Source of the DNA: an uncultured Oscillospiraceae bacterium
GTDB taxonomy: Bacteria; Bacillota; Clostridia; Peptostreptococcales; Anaerovoracaceae
Length of the DNA stretch: 64,000 bases
NCBI GenBank assembly: GCA_964370075.1
Contig: CAYJHC010000001.1
Location: forward strand, 170 to 64,169
Reading direction: 5' to 3'
Of this stretch, positions 46,055 to 56,139 are shown in pieces (the first letter of the stretch is position 1; every line of letters starts with the position of its first letter). The translations under genes and the position numbers were made by a program. The notes beneath the pieces were generated by a model, which was given only the letters and a program-made list of their open reading frames with translations, was not told where the DNA came from and ran no database searches.

Positions 46055-48184
46055 ATGAGAGAAAAAATTAAACAAAAGTCAAATATTGACAACGAAGGAG
46101 GACGGAAGGCTGTAGAGAGAACAAGTAAAGTCAACCATAAACCAAAAGAAAAAGCTCAGAGGGAACCTTTAGGCAAAGAAAATAAAGTGAAGACTCAAAA
46201 CGACTCTTTAGGGAGAGGTCAAAGAGAAAAGGTTACTAAGGGGTCTTCAATGAAGGGAAAGACTGAAAAGTTTCAAAAAGATTTTTTGGGAAAAGCTAAA
46301 AAAGAATCAATAAATAATGGTAAACATGAAAAGCTTCAGAAAGTGAATTTAGAAAAAGAGAAAATTGAAAATCTGAATCAAGAAAGCTTAAAAAAAGATA
46401 AGAAAGAAAAAATAAACAGAGAACCCTTGCTAAAAATGAGAAAGAATAGACCTGATAATAAATCAGAAGAAAGAACAATTGAAAAGCCAACTAAGAGTAA
46501 AAAAACAAATATGAATAGCAAAAAAGATGACGGAAAAGCTTTGAAAATAATACCTCTAGGTGGGCTAAAAGAAATTGGAAAGAACATGACTGCGTTTGAA
46601 TATGGCGATGAAATCATAGTTGTGGACTGTGGACTTTCTTTTCCAGAAGATGAAATGTTAGGTATTGATATCGTCATTCCAGATTTTGATTATCTCATCC
46701 AAAATGCAAAAAAAGTCAAAGGGGTAATAATCACTCATGGGCATGAAGACCATATTGGAGGGACACCATATTTATTAAAAGAATTAAAGGTGCCTATTTA
46801 CGGAACTAGGTTACCAATAGCTTTAATTGAAGGGAAATTAGAAGAACATAAAATTAAAGGTAAAACTAAAGTGATAAATGCCGGAGATGTTTTTCAGTTG
46901 GGCCCATTTAAGGTTACAGCAATTAGAACCACTCATTCAATTGCAGACTCATTAGCCTTTGCCATAGAAACTCCAGTAGGAACTATTCTTCATACGGGAG
47001 ACTTTAAAATAGACTATACACCAGTAGATGGGGAACCAATAGATCTTAGAACCTTTGCTAGGATAGGTGAAAAGGGTGTTCTTTTGATGTTGGCGGATAG
47101 TACAAATGCTGCAAGACCAGGATATACATCTTCTGAAAAAGTTGTAGGAAAAGCTTTAGGAGATATATTTAGAGATACAAATTCCAGGATTCTGGTAGCT
47201 ACATTCTCTTCAAATGTTCATAGAATACAGAAAATTATTGACAATGCTGTGAAGTGTGGAAGAAAAGTAGCTTTTTCAGGAAGAAGCATGGTTAAAGTGG
47301 CAACTGTTGCTACAGAATTGGGTTATTTAGAGTTTCCACCAGGCACATTAGTAGATATGAATAGGGTAAATAATTATCCTGATAATGAACTAGTTATTGT
47401 AACAACTGGGAGTCAGGGGGAACCTATGGCAGCTCTTTCAAGGATGGCTAGTAGAACCCATAGAGATGTGCAGATTAAAAAGGGAGACATAGTAGTACTT
47501 TCTTCAACACCTGTCCCGGGAAATGAAAAAACTGTATATAATGTAGTAAATAATCTAATAGAAAATGGTGCAAAGGTAATATACTCAGACATTGCAGAAA
47601 CTCATGTTTCAGGACACGCTTGTGCCGAAGAGTTGAAAGTAATTCACACTCTAGTAAAGCCAAAGTATTTTATGCCAGTTCACGGAGAAGGACTTCACTT
47701 GAAGAAACATCAAGAGCTTGCAATTGACTTGGGAATGAAAGAAGAAAACACATTTATATTAGATAATGGTGATATGCTGTCTATAACAAAGAAATCAGCT
47801 ACAATTAATAAGAATGCAGCTAGAAGTGAAACTATAATGGTAGATGGCTTGGGAGTTGGTGATATAGGATCTGTTGTTTTAAAAGACAGAAAACTATTAT
47901 CGGAATCAGGGCTAATAGTTGTAACGATTTCCTTAGATGGCTCAACTGGAGAAGTGGTAGCAGGGCCTGAAATTATTTCAAGAGGCTTTGTATATGTAAA
48001 AGAAAACGAGCATCTAATTGAAGAGGCTAAAGAGATTGCAAATCTTACATTAGATAAATGTAAAGCAGAAAAAGTTAAAGATTGGGCTACAATGAAAACT
48101 AGAATTAGAGAAGATATGAGAAGATTTATCTATGATAGAACAAAGAGGAACCCAGTTATATTATCAATTTTTATGGAGGTTTAA
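46055..48184 (+). CDS. rnj: Ribonuclease J with ~150-aa Lys-rich N-terminal extension
   Basis: The core starts at LKIIPLGGLKEIGKN. Beta-lactamase HGHEDHIG, beta-CASP and C-terminal domains are present. The alternative start ATG 46511 would give a standard-length protein. Confidence 0.88.
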   Translation: MREKIKQKSNIDNEGGRKAVERTSKVNHKPKEKAQREPLGKENKVKTQNDSLGRGQREKVTKGSSMKGKTEKFQKDFLGKAKKESINNGKHEKLQKVNLEKEKIENLNQESLKKDKKEKINREPLLKMRKNRPDNKSEERTIEKPTKSKKTNMNSKKDDGKALKIIPLGGLKEIGKNMTAFEYGDEIIVVDCGLSFPEDEMLGIDIVIPDFDYLIQNAKKVKGVIITHGHEDHIGGTPYLLKELKVPIYGTRLPIALIEGKLEEHKIKGKTKVINAGDVFQLGPFKVTAIRTTHSIADSLAFAIETPVGTILHTGDFKIDYTPVDGEPIDLRTFARIGEKGVLLMLADSTNAARPGYTSSEKVVGKALGDIFRDTNSRILVATFSSNVHRIQKIIDNAVKCGRKVAFSGRSMVKVATVATELGYLEFPPGTLVDMNRVNNYPDNELVIVTTGSQGEPMAALSRMASRTHRDVQIKKGDIVVLSSTPVPGNEKTVYNVVNNLIENGAKVIYSDIAETHVSGHACAEELKVIHTLVKPKYFMPVHGEGLHLKKHQELAIDLGMKEENTFILDNGDMLSITKKSATINKNAARSETIMVDGLGVGDIGSVVLKDRKLLSESGLIVVTISLDGSTGEVVAGPEIISRGFVYVKENEHLIEEAKEIANLTLDKCKAEKVKDWATMKTRIREDMRRFIYDRTKRNPVILSIFMEV

Positions 48185-48185
48185 A

Positions 48186-48515
48186 ATGAACGTATATGAT
48201 CAATTACATGGACTAGAAAAGGCAATTAAAGAGTCAGAAGAGTACAAGCAGTTTAACGCTGTAAAAGAAAAAATAGCAGCAAATTCAGAGTTAGACGCTA
48301 TGATTAAAGATTACCAGGCAAAGCAGATGGAGCTACAAATGAAACAAGCTATGGGAGAATCAGTTGAGGCAGAGGCAATGAAATTAATTCAACCCTTATA
48401 TGAGGTAATGATGAAAGACCCTACAGCGGCAGAGTATTTGCAATGTGAAATGCGATTTGGGATGATGATGAATGACGTATACAAAACATTAGCTGATTTG
48501 GTAGCAGGTAATTAA
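48186..48515 (+). CDS. YlbF/YmcA-family regulatory protein
   Basis: ATG 48186 follows GGAGG. MNVYDQLHGLEKAIKESEEYKQF... has the helical pattern typical of YlbF. Confidence 0.7.
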   Translation: MNVYDQLHGLEKAIKESEEYKQFNAVKEKIAANSELDAMIKDYQAKQMELQMKQAMGESVEAEAMKLIQPLYEVMMKDPTAAEYLQCEMRFGMMMNDVYKTLADLVAGN

Positions 48516-49207
48516 TGGGTATGATAAAGACTGGTGAAGAGCTTCTTAATATTTCAAAAGCTGCAGCTATAGGGGATATTACTTTTGAACATATCCTAGG
48601 ATATATGAAAGAGGGTATGACAGAGATAAAAATAGCCCTAGAAATTGAGAAAACTCTTAGAAAGCTAGGTGCAGAGAGCTTAGCATTTCCAACTATTGTG
48701 GTTTCAGGAAATAGAACTTGTTTGCCTCATGGGGAACCAACTGAAAAAGTATTGGAAAAGGGAGACTTAGTCACTTTAGACTTCGGTGGTGTTTATAGAG
48801 GCCAATGTGGTGATATGACTAGAACTGTTGGAGTTGGAACCCTAAATGAGAAGCAAATAGAAATCTACAATATTGTAAAGGAAGCTCAAGAAGCTGCGCT
48901 TAAAAAATGTATTTCAGGAGCTATGTCAAAAGATATTGATACGGCTGCAAGAGATGTAATTACTAAAGCTGGTTATGGGGAGTTTTTTGTACATGGCACT
49001 GGGCATGGTGTTGGTATAGAAGTTCATGAAGAGCCTTACTTAAACACAAGAACCAATACAGAGTTAAAAGAAAATATGGCTGTAACAGTAGAACCGGGAA
49101 TATATGTACCAGATGAAATGGGAGTAAGGATTGAAGACCTTGCAATAATAACGGATTTTGGTATAATTAATCTAGTGAGTTCGACAAAAAATTTGATTTT
49201 GTTGTAA
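48515..49207 (+). CDS. M24 metallopeptidase catalytic domain only (Xaa-Pro peptidase-like, no N-terminal domain)
   Basis: Pita-bread fold ligands D (LDFGG), D (GDMTRT), H (HGTGHGVG), E (VEPG) and E (RIED). It is 230 aa and sits directly upstream of efp. Confidence 0.85.
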   Translation: MGMIKTGEELLNISKAAAIGDITFEHILGYMKEGMTEIKIALEIEKTLRKLGAESLAFPTIVVSGNRTCLPHGEPTEKVLEKGDLVTLDFGGVYRGQCGDMTRTVGVGTLNEKQIEIYNIVKEAQEAALKKCISGAMSKDIDTAARDVITKAGYGEFFVHGTGHGVGIEVHEEPYLNTRTNTELKENMAVTVEPGIYVPDEMGVRIEDLAIITDFGIINLVSSTKNLILL

Positions 49208-49255
49208 ATGAAAATATAATAATGTTAATAAATTGATTTGAAATGGAGGCAGGCA

Positions 49256-49816
49256 ATGATATATGCAGGAGATTTTAGAAAAGGTATGACTTTTGAGATT
49301 AATGGTGAACCATGTGTGGTAGTAGACTTTCAACATGTAAAGCCAGGAAAAGGAGCAGCCTTTGTTAGAACAAAATATAAGAATGTTTTAAATGGTGCAA
49401 TTAGAGAGGAAGCATTTAACCCTAATGATAAGTTCCCAAAAGCGCATATAGAAACTAAAGAGATGCAGTATTTGTATTCTGATGGGGAATTATATTATTT
49501 TATGGATCAGGAAACCTATGATCAGGTTCCACTAATGCAAGAACAAGTTGAAGAAGCAATGAAATTCTTGAGAGAAAATGATATGGCCACTATTAAATTC
49601 TATAAAAACAGTGCGTTTTTAGTTGAAGCACCAAATTTTGTAAACTTAAGAGTACTTGAAACTGAACCAGGCATAAAAGGAGACACAGCAACAAATGTAA
49701 CTAAGGCTGCTACAGTAGAAACAGGAGCAGTTGTACAGGTTCCAATATTTATTGAGACTGATGAAGTAATACAAATTGACACAAGAACTGGTGAATACTT
49801 AAGCAGAGCCAAATAA
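49256..49816 (+). CDS. efp: Elongation factor P
   Basis: ATG 49256 gives [14 protein letters not shown]. The [13 protein letters not shown] loop carries the modifiable Lys. Confidence 0.95.
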   Translation: MIYAGDFRKGMTFEINGEPCVVVDFQHVKPGKGAAFVRTKYKNVLNGAIREEAFNPNDKFPKAHIETKEMQYLYSDGELYYFMDQETYDQVPLMQEQVEEAMKFLRENDMATIKFYKNSAFLVEAPNFVNLRVLETEPGIKGDTATNVTKAATVETGAVVQVPIFIETDEVIQIDTRTGEYLSRAK

Positions 49817-49830
49817 TAACAAAAGTAATT

Positions 49831-49852
49831 AGGGCGTAGAAATACGCCCTTT
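49831..49852 (+). terminator. Hairpin after efp
   Basis: AGGGCGTA-GAAA-TACGCCCT perfect GC-rich stem, with only a short T tail. Confidence 0.6.
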
Positions 49853-49871
49853 AAACATTGAGGACTAAAGG

Positions 49872-51005
49872 ATGATTGACAATAGGAATTTAAAAAACAA
49901 AGAAAATGAATTTGAAAATAGCAGTACTGAAGCAGAGGGTACTTTAAATAAAAAAAAGAAAGCTAAAAGTAATAGTAAAAAAAGGCTGTTAATTGTAGTA
50001 GCAGTCTTCTTATTGATGTTATTAGCAGGAGTAGGAACTTTGACAGTACTAGGGCAGGCAAAGGATCATGATTCAAAGAAAACCATAGAAGTTAATATAC
50101 CACAAGGCTCAGGATCAAGTTATATTGCTGAAATTTTGCTTGAAGCAGGAGTTATTGAATCTACCACTGGCTTTAAGATTTACTCAAAACTTAAAGGAGC
50201 AGATAATAGTATGCAGGCGGGGTATTACAACCTTTCTCCTTCTATGTCAATTGGAGTGATAATTGATAATCTGATTGATGGAAACACAGGAACAGCTGAA
50301 CTTTTTACTATTCCTGAAGGATATACAATAAGCCAAGTTGCAGAGTTAATTGAAGCAGAAGGATTAGCTACAGAAGAGGAATTTTTAGATGCAGCTGAGA
50401 ATGGAGAATATGATTATAAGTTTATGGAATATCTTCCGGAAACTGGGGCTAGTAGATTAGAAGGATTTCTTTTTCCTGAAACATATAGTTTTCCTAAAGG
50501 AATAACCGCTGAAGAAATTATAAATACGATGTTAGGTCAATTTGATAAAACCCTATCGGAAGAAGATTATAAGGCAATAGAACAATCAGGATATGATCTT
50601 TATGAAATAATTACAATTGCTTCAATTGTAGAAAAGGAAACACCACTAAAAGAGGAGGCTCCTTTAGTTTCTAGTGTTTTCTTTAATAGGCTAGATATTG
50701 GGATGAGCTTAGGAAGCTGCGCTACGGTAAACTACGCTACAGGAAAGGTAGGGGAAGGAGTTGAACCAACCGCAGCTGATCTTGCAATTGATTCGCCTTA
50801 TAATACAAGGAAATATGCTGGGCTTACTCCAGGGCCAATTTGTTCTCCTAGCGCCATGGCTATAGAGGCAACTATTTATCCTGAAGAAACAGATTATCTT
50901 TATTTTGTAGTAGAAACTGCAGGTTCAAAAAACAGTGTTTTTACTACTAACTTAGCAGATCATGAAGCCGCTGCAGATGAGTATTATAAATCTTTTGATG
51001 AATAG
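49872..51005 (+). CDS. mltG: Endolytic murein transglycosylase MltG (YceG-like)
   Basis: N-terminal TM anchor, LysM-like segment, YceG motifs (FLFPETY, ASIVEKE) and catalytic Glu context. Confidence 0.9.
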   Translation: MIDNRNLKNKENEFENSSTEAEGTLNKKKKAKSNSKKRLLIVVAVFLLMLLAGVGTLTVLGQAKDHDSKKTIEVNIPQGSGSSYIAEILLEAGVIESTTGFKIYSKLKGADNSMQAGYYNLSPSMSIGVIIDNLIDGNTGTAELFTIPEGYTISQVAELIEAEGLATEEEFLDAAENGEYDYKFMEYLPETGASRLEGFLFPETYSFPKGITAEEIINTMLGQFDKTLSEEDYKAIEQSGYDLYEIITIASIVEKETPLKEEAPLVSSVFFNRLDIGMSLGSCATVNYATGKVGEGVEPTAADLAIDSPYNTRKYAGLTPGPICSPSAMAIEATIYPEETDYLYFVVETAGSKNSVFTTNLADHEAAADEYYKSFDE

Positions 51006-51013
51006 AGGTAATA

Positions 51014-51703
51014 ATGCTAGGAATTGATAAGGATATATTAAAATACGTAGAAGATTTTCCTACGGCTCCAAGTAAGGAAATAGAGAAGCTTAGGAGAGAA
51101 GGTGAATTGGGAAACATTCCCATTATTTTAAAAGACACTGAGAACTTATTGTCTTGGCTATTGAGAATAAAAAGGCCTAAGAGAATACTTGAAATTGGAA
51201 CGGCTGTAGGATATTCAGCTTGCTTTATGGCTACGTTACTAAGAGACGCAGAGATAGTTACTATAGAGAAAAGTCCTCAAATGATAGAAAGAGCGAAAAA
51301 TAATATAGAACATTTGGGCTTTTCTAAGAGAATTTTTATTGAAGAGGGAGATGCCTATGATTGTCTGGGCTCTTTACAAGGAAGATTTAAATTAGGAGAG
51401 TTTGAGCCATTTGATTTTGTTTTTATTGATGCGGCAAAATCTCATTACAGAGAATTTTGGGACTATGCAATAACTATGACTTCAGATGAGGCTACAATTG
51501 TTTGTGATAATATTCTAATGAGAGGGAAAACAGCATCTAGTAAATTTGATAAGTTTGACAAGTTTAGAACCAGTATGAGAAAAATGAGAGAATTTCTAGA
51601 ATATATTACAAGCTTAGAGAATATGCCCACTACAATAATGACCGTAGGTGATGGTGTTTCAATTAGCACAAAAATAAAAAATGCAGATGCGAAAGGGAAA
51701 TAA
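51014..51703 (+). CDS. trmR: Class I SAM-dependent O-methyltransferase (YrrM/TrmR-like)
   Basis: ILEIGTAVGYS SAM motif and FDFVFIDAAK, with the mltG-yrrM-U32 synteny seen in Bacillus. Confidence 0.75.
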   Translation: MLGIDKDILKYVEDFPTAPSKEIEKLRREGELGNIPIILKDTENLLSWLLRIKRPKRILEIGTAVGYSACFMATLLRDAEIVTIEKSPQMIERAKNNIEHLGFSKRIFIEEGDAYDCLGSLQGRFKLGEFEPFDFVFIDAAKSHYREFWDYAITMTSDEATIVCDNILMRGKTASSKFDKFDKFRTSMRKMREFLEYITSLENMPTTIMTVGDGVSISTKIKNADAKGK

Positions 51704-52930
51704 GTGGCAGAAAAAATAGAACTTCTAGCTCCTGCTGGAGATTTAGAAAAATTAAAAATAGCAATAGACTATGGTGCCGATGCAGTTTATCTTGGGGGGG
51801 AAATGTTCAGCCTAAGAGCTGGTGCTGGAAACTTTACAAAGGATAAATTAGAAGAGGGGCTTATCTATGCGAAAAATAGGGGGAAGAAGGTTTATATGGC
51901 CTTAAATATTTTCCCACATAACCAAGACATAGAGTTAATTGAAAACTACTTAAATGAAATCAAGGAATTAGGTATAGATGCCTTCATTATTTCTGATATG
52001 GGGATGTTTAGTTTAGTAAAAGAGATTATTCCTAGTGCTGAAATTCATATTAGCACCCAAGCAAACATAACTAATTACCAGACAGCCAAGTTTTGGAAAG
52101 AGCTAGGGGCAAAAAGAGTAGTATTAGCTAGAGAGCTTACCCTAAATGATATATCCCAAGTTAAGGAAAGGGCAGATGTTGAAATAGAAACATTTATCCA
52201 AGGAGCTATGTGCATTTCTTATTCTGGAAGATGTCTCCTTAGTAACTTTATGATAGAAAGGGACGCAAACAAAGGAGAGTGCGCTCACCCTTGTAGGTGG
52301 AGATACTCTTTAGTAGAAGAACAAAGGCCAGAAGAAACATATCCAATAATTGAAGATGAGAGAGGGACATATATACTTAACTCTAGGGACTTATGTCTTA
52401 TAGAACATGTTCCAGAATTGATAGAGGCTGGAATAGACTCACTTAAAATTGAGGGAAGAATGAAGAGCGCCTTTTATGTTGGGACAGTAGTTAGGGCTTA
52501 TAGAGAAGCTATTGATAAATACTACGAGGACAAAAAAAACTATGAATACGATCCAAATTGGTTTGAAGAGATTAAAACTGTAAGTCACAGAGAGTTTACA
52601 ACTGGATTTTACTTTAATAAGCCAAATAATAAGGACCAGAATTATTTGACAAGTGCATATACAAGAAATTATTCATTTGTTGGAATGGTTAAAGATTTTG
52701 ATAAAGAAACGATGATTGCTACAGTAGAGCAACGGAATAAGGTATCTCTAGACGAAGAGGTTGAGTTTATTGGACCAAAAGGAAGAATTTTTAAACAAAA
52801 ATTAGAAGTTCTAATGAATGAAGATTTTGAACCTATAGAATCTGCACCACATCCACAGCAGATTCTAAAAATAAAGGTTAATGAAGAGGTGGAGAGAAGT
52901 TTTATGATGAGGAAAAAGCTAAGTAAATAA
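51704..52930 (+). CDS. Peptidase U32 family protein (YrrO/TrhP-like, tRNA U34 hydroxylation)
   Basis: ELLAPAG..E.L..AI..GADAVYLGG and the E.F.QGAMC.SYSGRCL..N U32 signature. GTG start. Confidence 0.85.
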   Translation: MAEKIELLAPAGDLEKLKIAIDYGADAVYLGGEMFSLRAGAGNFTKDKLEEGLIYAKNRGKKVYMALNIFPHNQDIELIENYLNEIKELGIDAFIISDMGMFSLVKEIIPSAEIHISTQANITNYQTAKFWKELGAKRVVLARELTLNDISQVKERADVEIETFIQGAMCISYSGRCLLSNFMIERDANKGECAHPCRWRYSLVEEQRPEETYPIIEDERGTYILNSRDLCLIEHVPELIEAGIDSLKIEGRMKSAFYVGTVVRAYREAIDKYYEDKKNYEYDPNWFEEIKTVSHREFTTGFYFNKPNNKDQNYLTSAYTRNYSFVGMVKDFDKETMIATVEQRNKVSLDEEVEFIGPKGRIFKQKLEVLMNEDFEPIESAPHPQQILKIKVNEEVERSFMMRKKLSK

Positions 52931-52954
52931 CTAGCAAGGAGAAAAGGAGATAAA

Positions 52955-54358
52955 ATGGATACAGTACCCGTCGAGGGAAGTGGGATTTCAACACAAATTA
53001 TTTTAATATTAGTATTAACTTTGGTGAATGCATTTTTTGCAGCCTCAGAGATGGCAATAGTGTCTTCGAGTAAGACGAAAATGAAGATGTTTGCTCAAAA
53101 TGGAAATAAGAGGGCTGAAAAAGTCATTAATGTTCTTGAAGAACCAACTAAGATTCTTTCAACAATTCAAGTTGCAATAACATTTGCAGGCTTTCTTGCA
53201 AGTGCATCGGCAGCAGTAGGAATAGCAGATGACATTAGCATCATGCTAGAGCCTATGGGAATTCCTTACGTAAATGAGATTTCGGTAATTGTTATTACAA
53301 TTGTTCTGTCTTATTTTACATTAGTCTTTGGAGAGCTTTTCCCAAAACGGATTGCCCTCCAACATTCGGAAAAGATTGCAATGTCAGTAATTGGGTTGAT
53401 TATTGGTATGTCAAAAGTTTTAACTCCATTTAATTTTGTTTTGTCTAAGTCTGTAAGCTTCTTACTTTTTGTGACTAGACAGAAAGAAAAAAATCAAAGC
53501 GAAGAGTATTCTGAAGAAGAAGTAAAATCTATGATAGAGGCAAGCCATGATGCGGGAGCTTTAAAAGAAGAAGAGCGAAAGATGATTAATAGCATTTTTG
53601 AATTTGATGACACTTGCGCTTATGAAATAATGACTCCAAGAACAGATGTATTTGCTATTGATATTGATGATTCTCCAGAAGATTACCTTGATGAATTGAT
53701 GAACCTTAAATTTACCCGTGTTCCTGTTTATGAAGAAGATACAGATAACATTATAGGTATTTTGAATGTTAAAGACTTTATCATAAAAGCTAGAGAATTT
53801 GGCTTTGAAAATGTAAATCTTAGGAAGATTTTAAGAAAACCTCTATTTGTACCGGATGGTAAAAAAGTAGATACTTTATTTTATGAATTACAAAGAACTA
53901 AACAGCAAATTTCAATACTAATAGATGAATATGGTGGCTTTGCAGGAATTGTAACCGTGGAAGACATAATTGAAGAAATCGTTGGAGAAATTGATGACGA
54001 GTATGATGATGAAGAGACTGGCGTAGTTAAGCTAAGTGATAATCTGTATACTTTTGAAGGGAACTATGACTTGGATGACTTTAACGAAGCTACAGGGCTT
54101 AATTTGCAATCTGAGAATAGTGAAACAATAGGTGGGTTTATTATAGATATATTAGAAGAAATTCCTGATGAGAATAATAAAGATAAATGGGAAATAGTAT
54201 ATGAAAATTTAATATTTAAAATTGAGTCAGTGAAAGACAGAAGAATTGAAAAAGGTTCTCTTAGAATAATACCTATTGAAACTGAATTGGAGAATCAAGA
54301 GGCACCAACGCTAAAGAAGAAAAGAGAAAAGAAGGACAAGAAAGCAGAAGATGAGTAA
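52955..54358 (+). CDS. CNNM/TlyC-family protein (DUF21 + CBS pair + CorC_HlyC)
   Basis: N-terminal four-TM DUF21 (FFAASEMA), a CBS pair, and C-terminal DEYGG..G.VT.EDI.EEIVGEI.DE. Confidence 0.88.
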   Translation: MDTVPVEGSGISTQIILILVLTLVNAFFAASEMAIVSSSKTKMKMFAQNGNKRAEKVINVLEEPTKILSTIQVAITFAGFLASASAAVGIADDISIMLEPMGIPYVNEISVIVITIVLSYFTLVFGELFPKRIALQHSEKIAMSVIGLIIGMSKVLTPFNFVLSKSVSFLLFVTRQKEKNQSEEYSEEEVKSMIEASHDAGALKEEERKMINSIFEFDDTCAYEIMTPRTDVFAIDIDDSPEDYLDELMNLKFTRVPVYEEDTDNIIGILNVKDFIIKAREFGFENVNLRKILRKPLFVPDGKKVDTLFYELQRTKQQISILIDEYGGFAGIVTVEDIIEEIVGEIDDEYDDEETGVVKLSDNLYTFEGNYDLDDFNEATGLNLQSENSETIGGFIIDILEEIPDENNKDKWEIVYENLIFKIESVKDRRIEKGSLRIIPIETELENQEAPTLKKKREKKDKKAEDE

Positions 54359-55745
54359 ACCGTTAAATATTGCCTTTGAAACTTTAGGTTGCAAGGTTAA
54401 TCAATATGAAACAGAAGCAATAATGGAAAAATTTTCAGACCTTAAATATGAAATTGTAAATAGTAACAGCGTTGAAATAGATGCTGTTATTATTAATACT
54501 TGCACAGTAACTAATATGGCAGATAGAAAGTCAAGGCAGATTATTAGAAGGGCTAAAAAAAGAAATCCTAATTGTATAGTAGCTGTAATTGGATGCTATG
54601 CAGAAATAAAGCCAGAAGAGGTTTCCTCGATAGAAGAAGTGGATATAGTTTTGGGAAATACTCAAAAATATAATATTGTAGAAGTGGTTGAGGCCTACAT
54701 ATACAAAGAGGATCCTTTAAAGGATTCAAGTAAGGCTGTAGGGTTTAATACAGAAGAGATAAACCTAAAACCTCAGGAAGACAAGATAACCAAACAAACT
54801 AAGTTCCAAGAAATTTCACTGTCAAAAGCATTAGAGTCTAGAAGCAGAGCCTATGTGAAAATTCAAGATGGATGTAATAGATTCTGTTCGTATTGTATCA
54901 TTCCCCATGTGAGAGGCCCAATAAGAAGCAGAAGCTTGAAAAATATTGTTGCTGAAGTTAAAGGATTACTTGATAATGGATATAAGGAAATAGTATTAAC
55001 AGGAATTAACACAGCCTTGTATGGCATGGAAAAATATGATATAACAGAAGTTAGCCAAATCGAAAAACTACCTTTGGAAGACATATTATGCGAGTTAGAA
55101 AAACTTCCGGAATATTTTAGAATTAGATTTAGTTCTTTGGAACCTACTGTTGTGAGCCATAAACAGGTAATTAGATTATTAAAATACAAAAAGCTATGCA
55201 ATCATTTTCATTTATCACTTCAAAGTGGAAGTGATAGAATATTAAAGAAAATGAATAGGAACTATAGTAGGGAAGAATATTTATCGATAGTTAAAACCCT
55301 TAGAGAGATAGACCCGAAATTTGGAATATCAGCAGATGTAATAGTTGGTTTTCCAGAAGAAAAAGATAAGGATTTTCAAGACTCTGTTGACCTAGTTAAA
55401 GAGAGCAAGCTAGTAAAAACTCATGTGTTTAAATACTCAAAGAGAGATGGTACACCAGCTGCAAAAATGAAAGATCAAATAAAGGGAAGCATTATGGGGG
55501 AAAGAAGCGATAAACTAATTGAATTATCAGAAAAAGTAGCAAAAGACTTTAACGAAGGCCTAATTGGAACAAGAGCAGAAGTTTTGATAGAAAAGTATAA
55601 TGAAAATGATAACTGTTATGAGGGATATACTAGAAACTATGTGAAAGCGTATATTACAAGTAATGATTTACCTATAGGTCAGCTTGTAAATATTAAAGTA
55701 ATTGACATTTATAACGATGGAGTGAAAGGAGAGATATATGAGTGA
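54351..55745 (+). CDS. mtaB: tRNA methylthiotransferase (MtaB-like radical SAM MTTase)
   Basis: UPF0004 N-domain (TLGCKVNQYE), radical SAM CNRFCSYCIIP and a TRAM C-domain. Confidence 0.85.
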   Translation: MSKPLNIAFETLGCKVNQYETEAIMEKFSDLKYEIVNSNSVEIDAVIINTCTVTNMADRKSRQIIRRAKKRNPNCIVAVIGCYAEIKPEEVSSIEEVDIVLGNTQKYNIVEVVEAYIYKEDPLKDSSKAVGFNTEEINLKPQEDKITKQTKFQEISLSKALESRSRAYVKIQDGCNRFCSYCIIPHVRGPIRSRSLKNIVAEVKGLLDNGYKEIVLTGINTALYGMEKYDITEVSQIEKLPLEDILCELEKLPEYFRIRFSSLEPTVVSHKQVIRLLKYKKLCNHFHLSLQSGSDRILKKMNRNYSREEYLSIVKTLREIDPKFGISADVIVGFPEEKDKDFQDSVDLVKESKLVKTHVFKYSKRDGTPAAKMKDQIKGSIMGERSDKLIELSEKVAKDFNEGLIGTRAEVLIEKYNENDNCYEGYTRNYVKAYITSNDLPIGQLVNIKVIDIYNDGVKGEIYE

Positions 55746-56079
55746 TTGTATATTTTGCAAAATTGTAAAAGGTGAGATACCAGCAAATAAAGTTTATGAA
55801 GATGATAAGATTATAGCTTTTCATGACTTAGAACCACAGGCGCCTGTCCATGTGCTTGTTATTCCTAAAACCCATATAAAGTCGTTAGACCACATAGAAG
55901 AGGATCATAAAGGAGATTTGGGACACTTAATGGTAAAAATCAAAGATGTTGCTAAGGCTTTAGAATTAGAAAATGGGTATAGGGCAGTAATTAATTGTGG
56001 TGAAGATGGTAATCAAACAGTAGGGCATATACACATGCACATCTTAGGTAAGCGAAAAATGACTTGGCCGCCAGGCTAA
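55738..56079 (+). CDS. HIT-family nucleotide hydrolase
   Basis: CIFCKI...P.H.LVIPK and the histidine triad HIHMHIL. Confidence 0.92.
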   Translation: MSDCIFCKIVKGEIPANKVYEDDKIIAFHDLEPQAPVHVLVIPKTHIKSLDHIEEDHKGDLGHLMVKIKDVAKALELENGYRAVINCGEDGNQTVGHIHMHILGKRKMTWPPG

Positions 56080-56139
56080 AGCAGAGTGCATAATACTAAT
56101 AAAAAAGCAAATTACATTTTATTAAAGAGGTAACATAAT

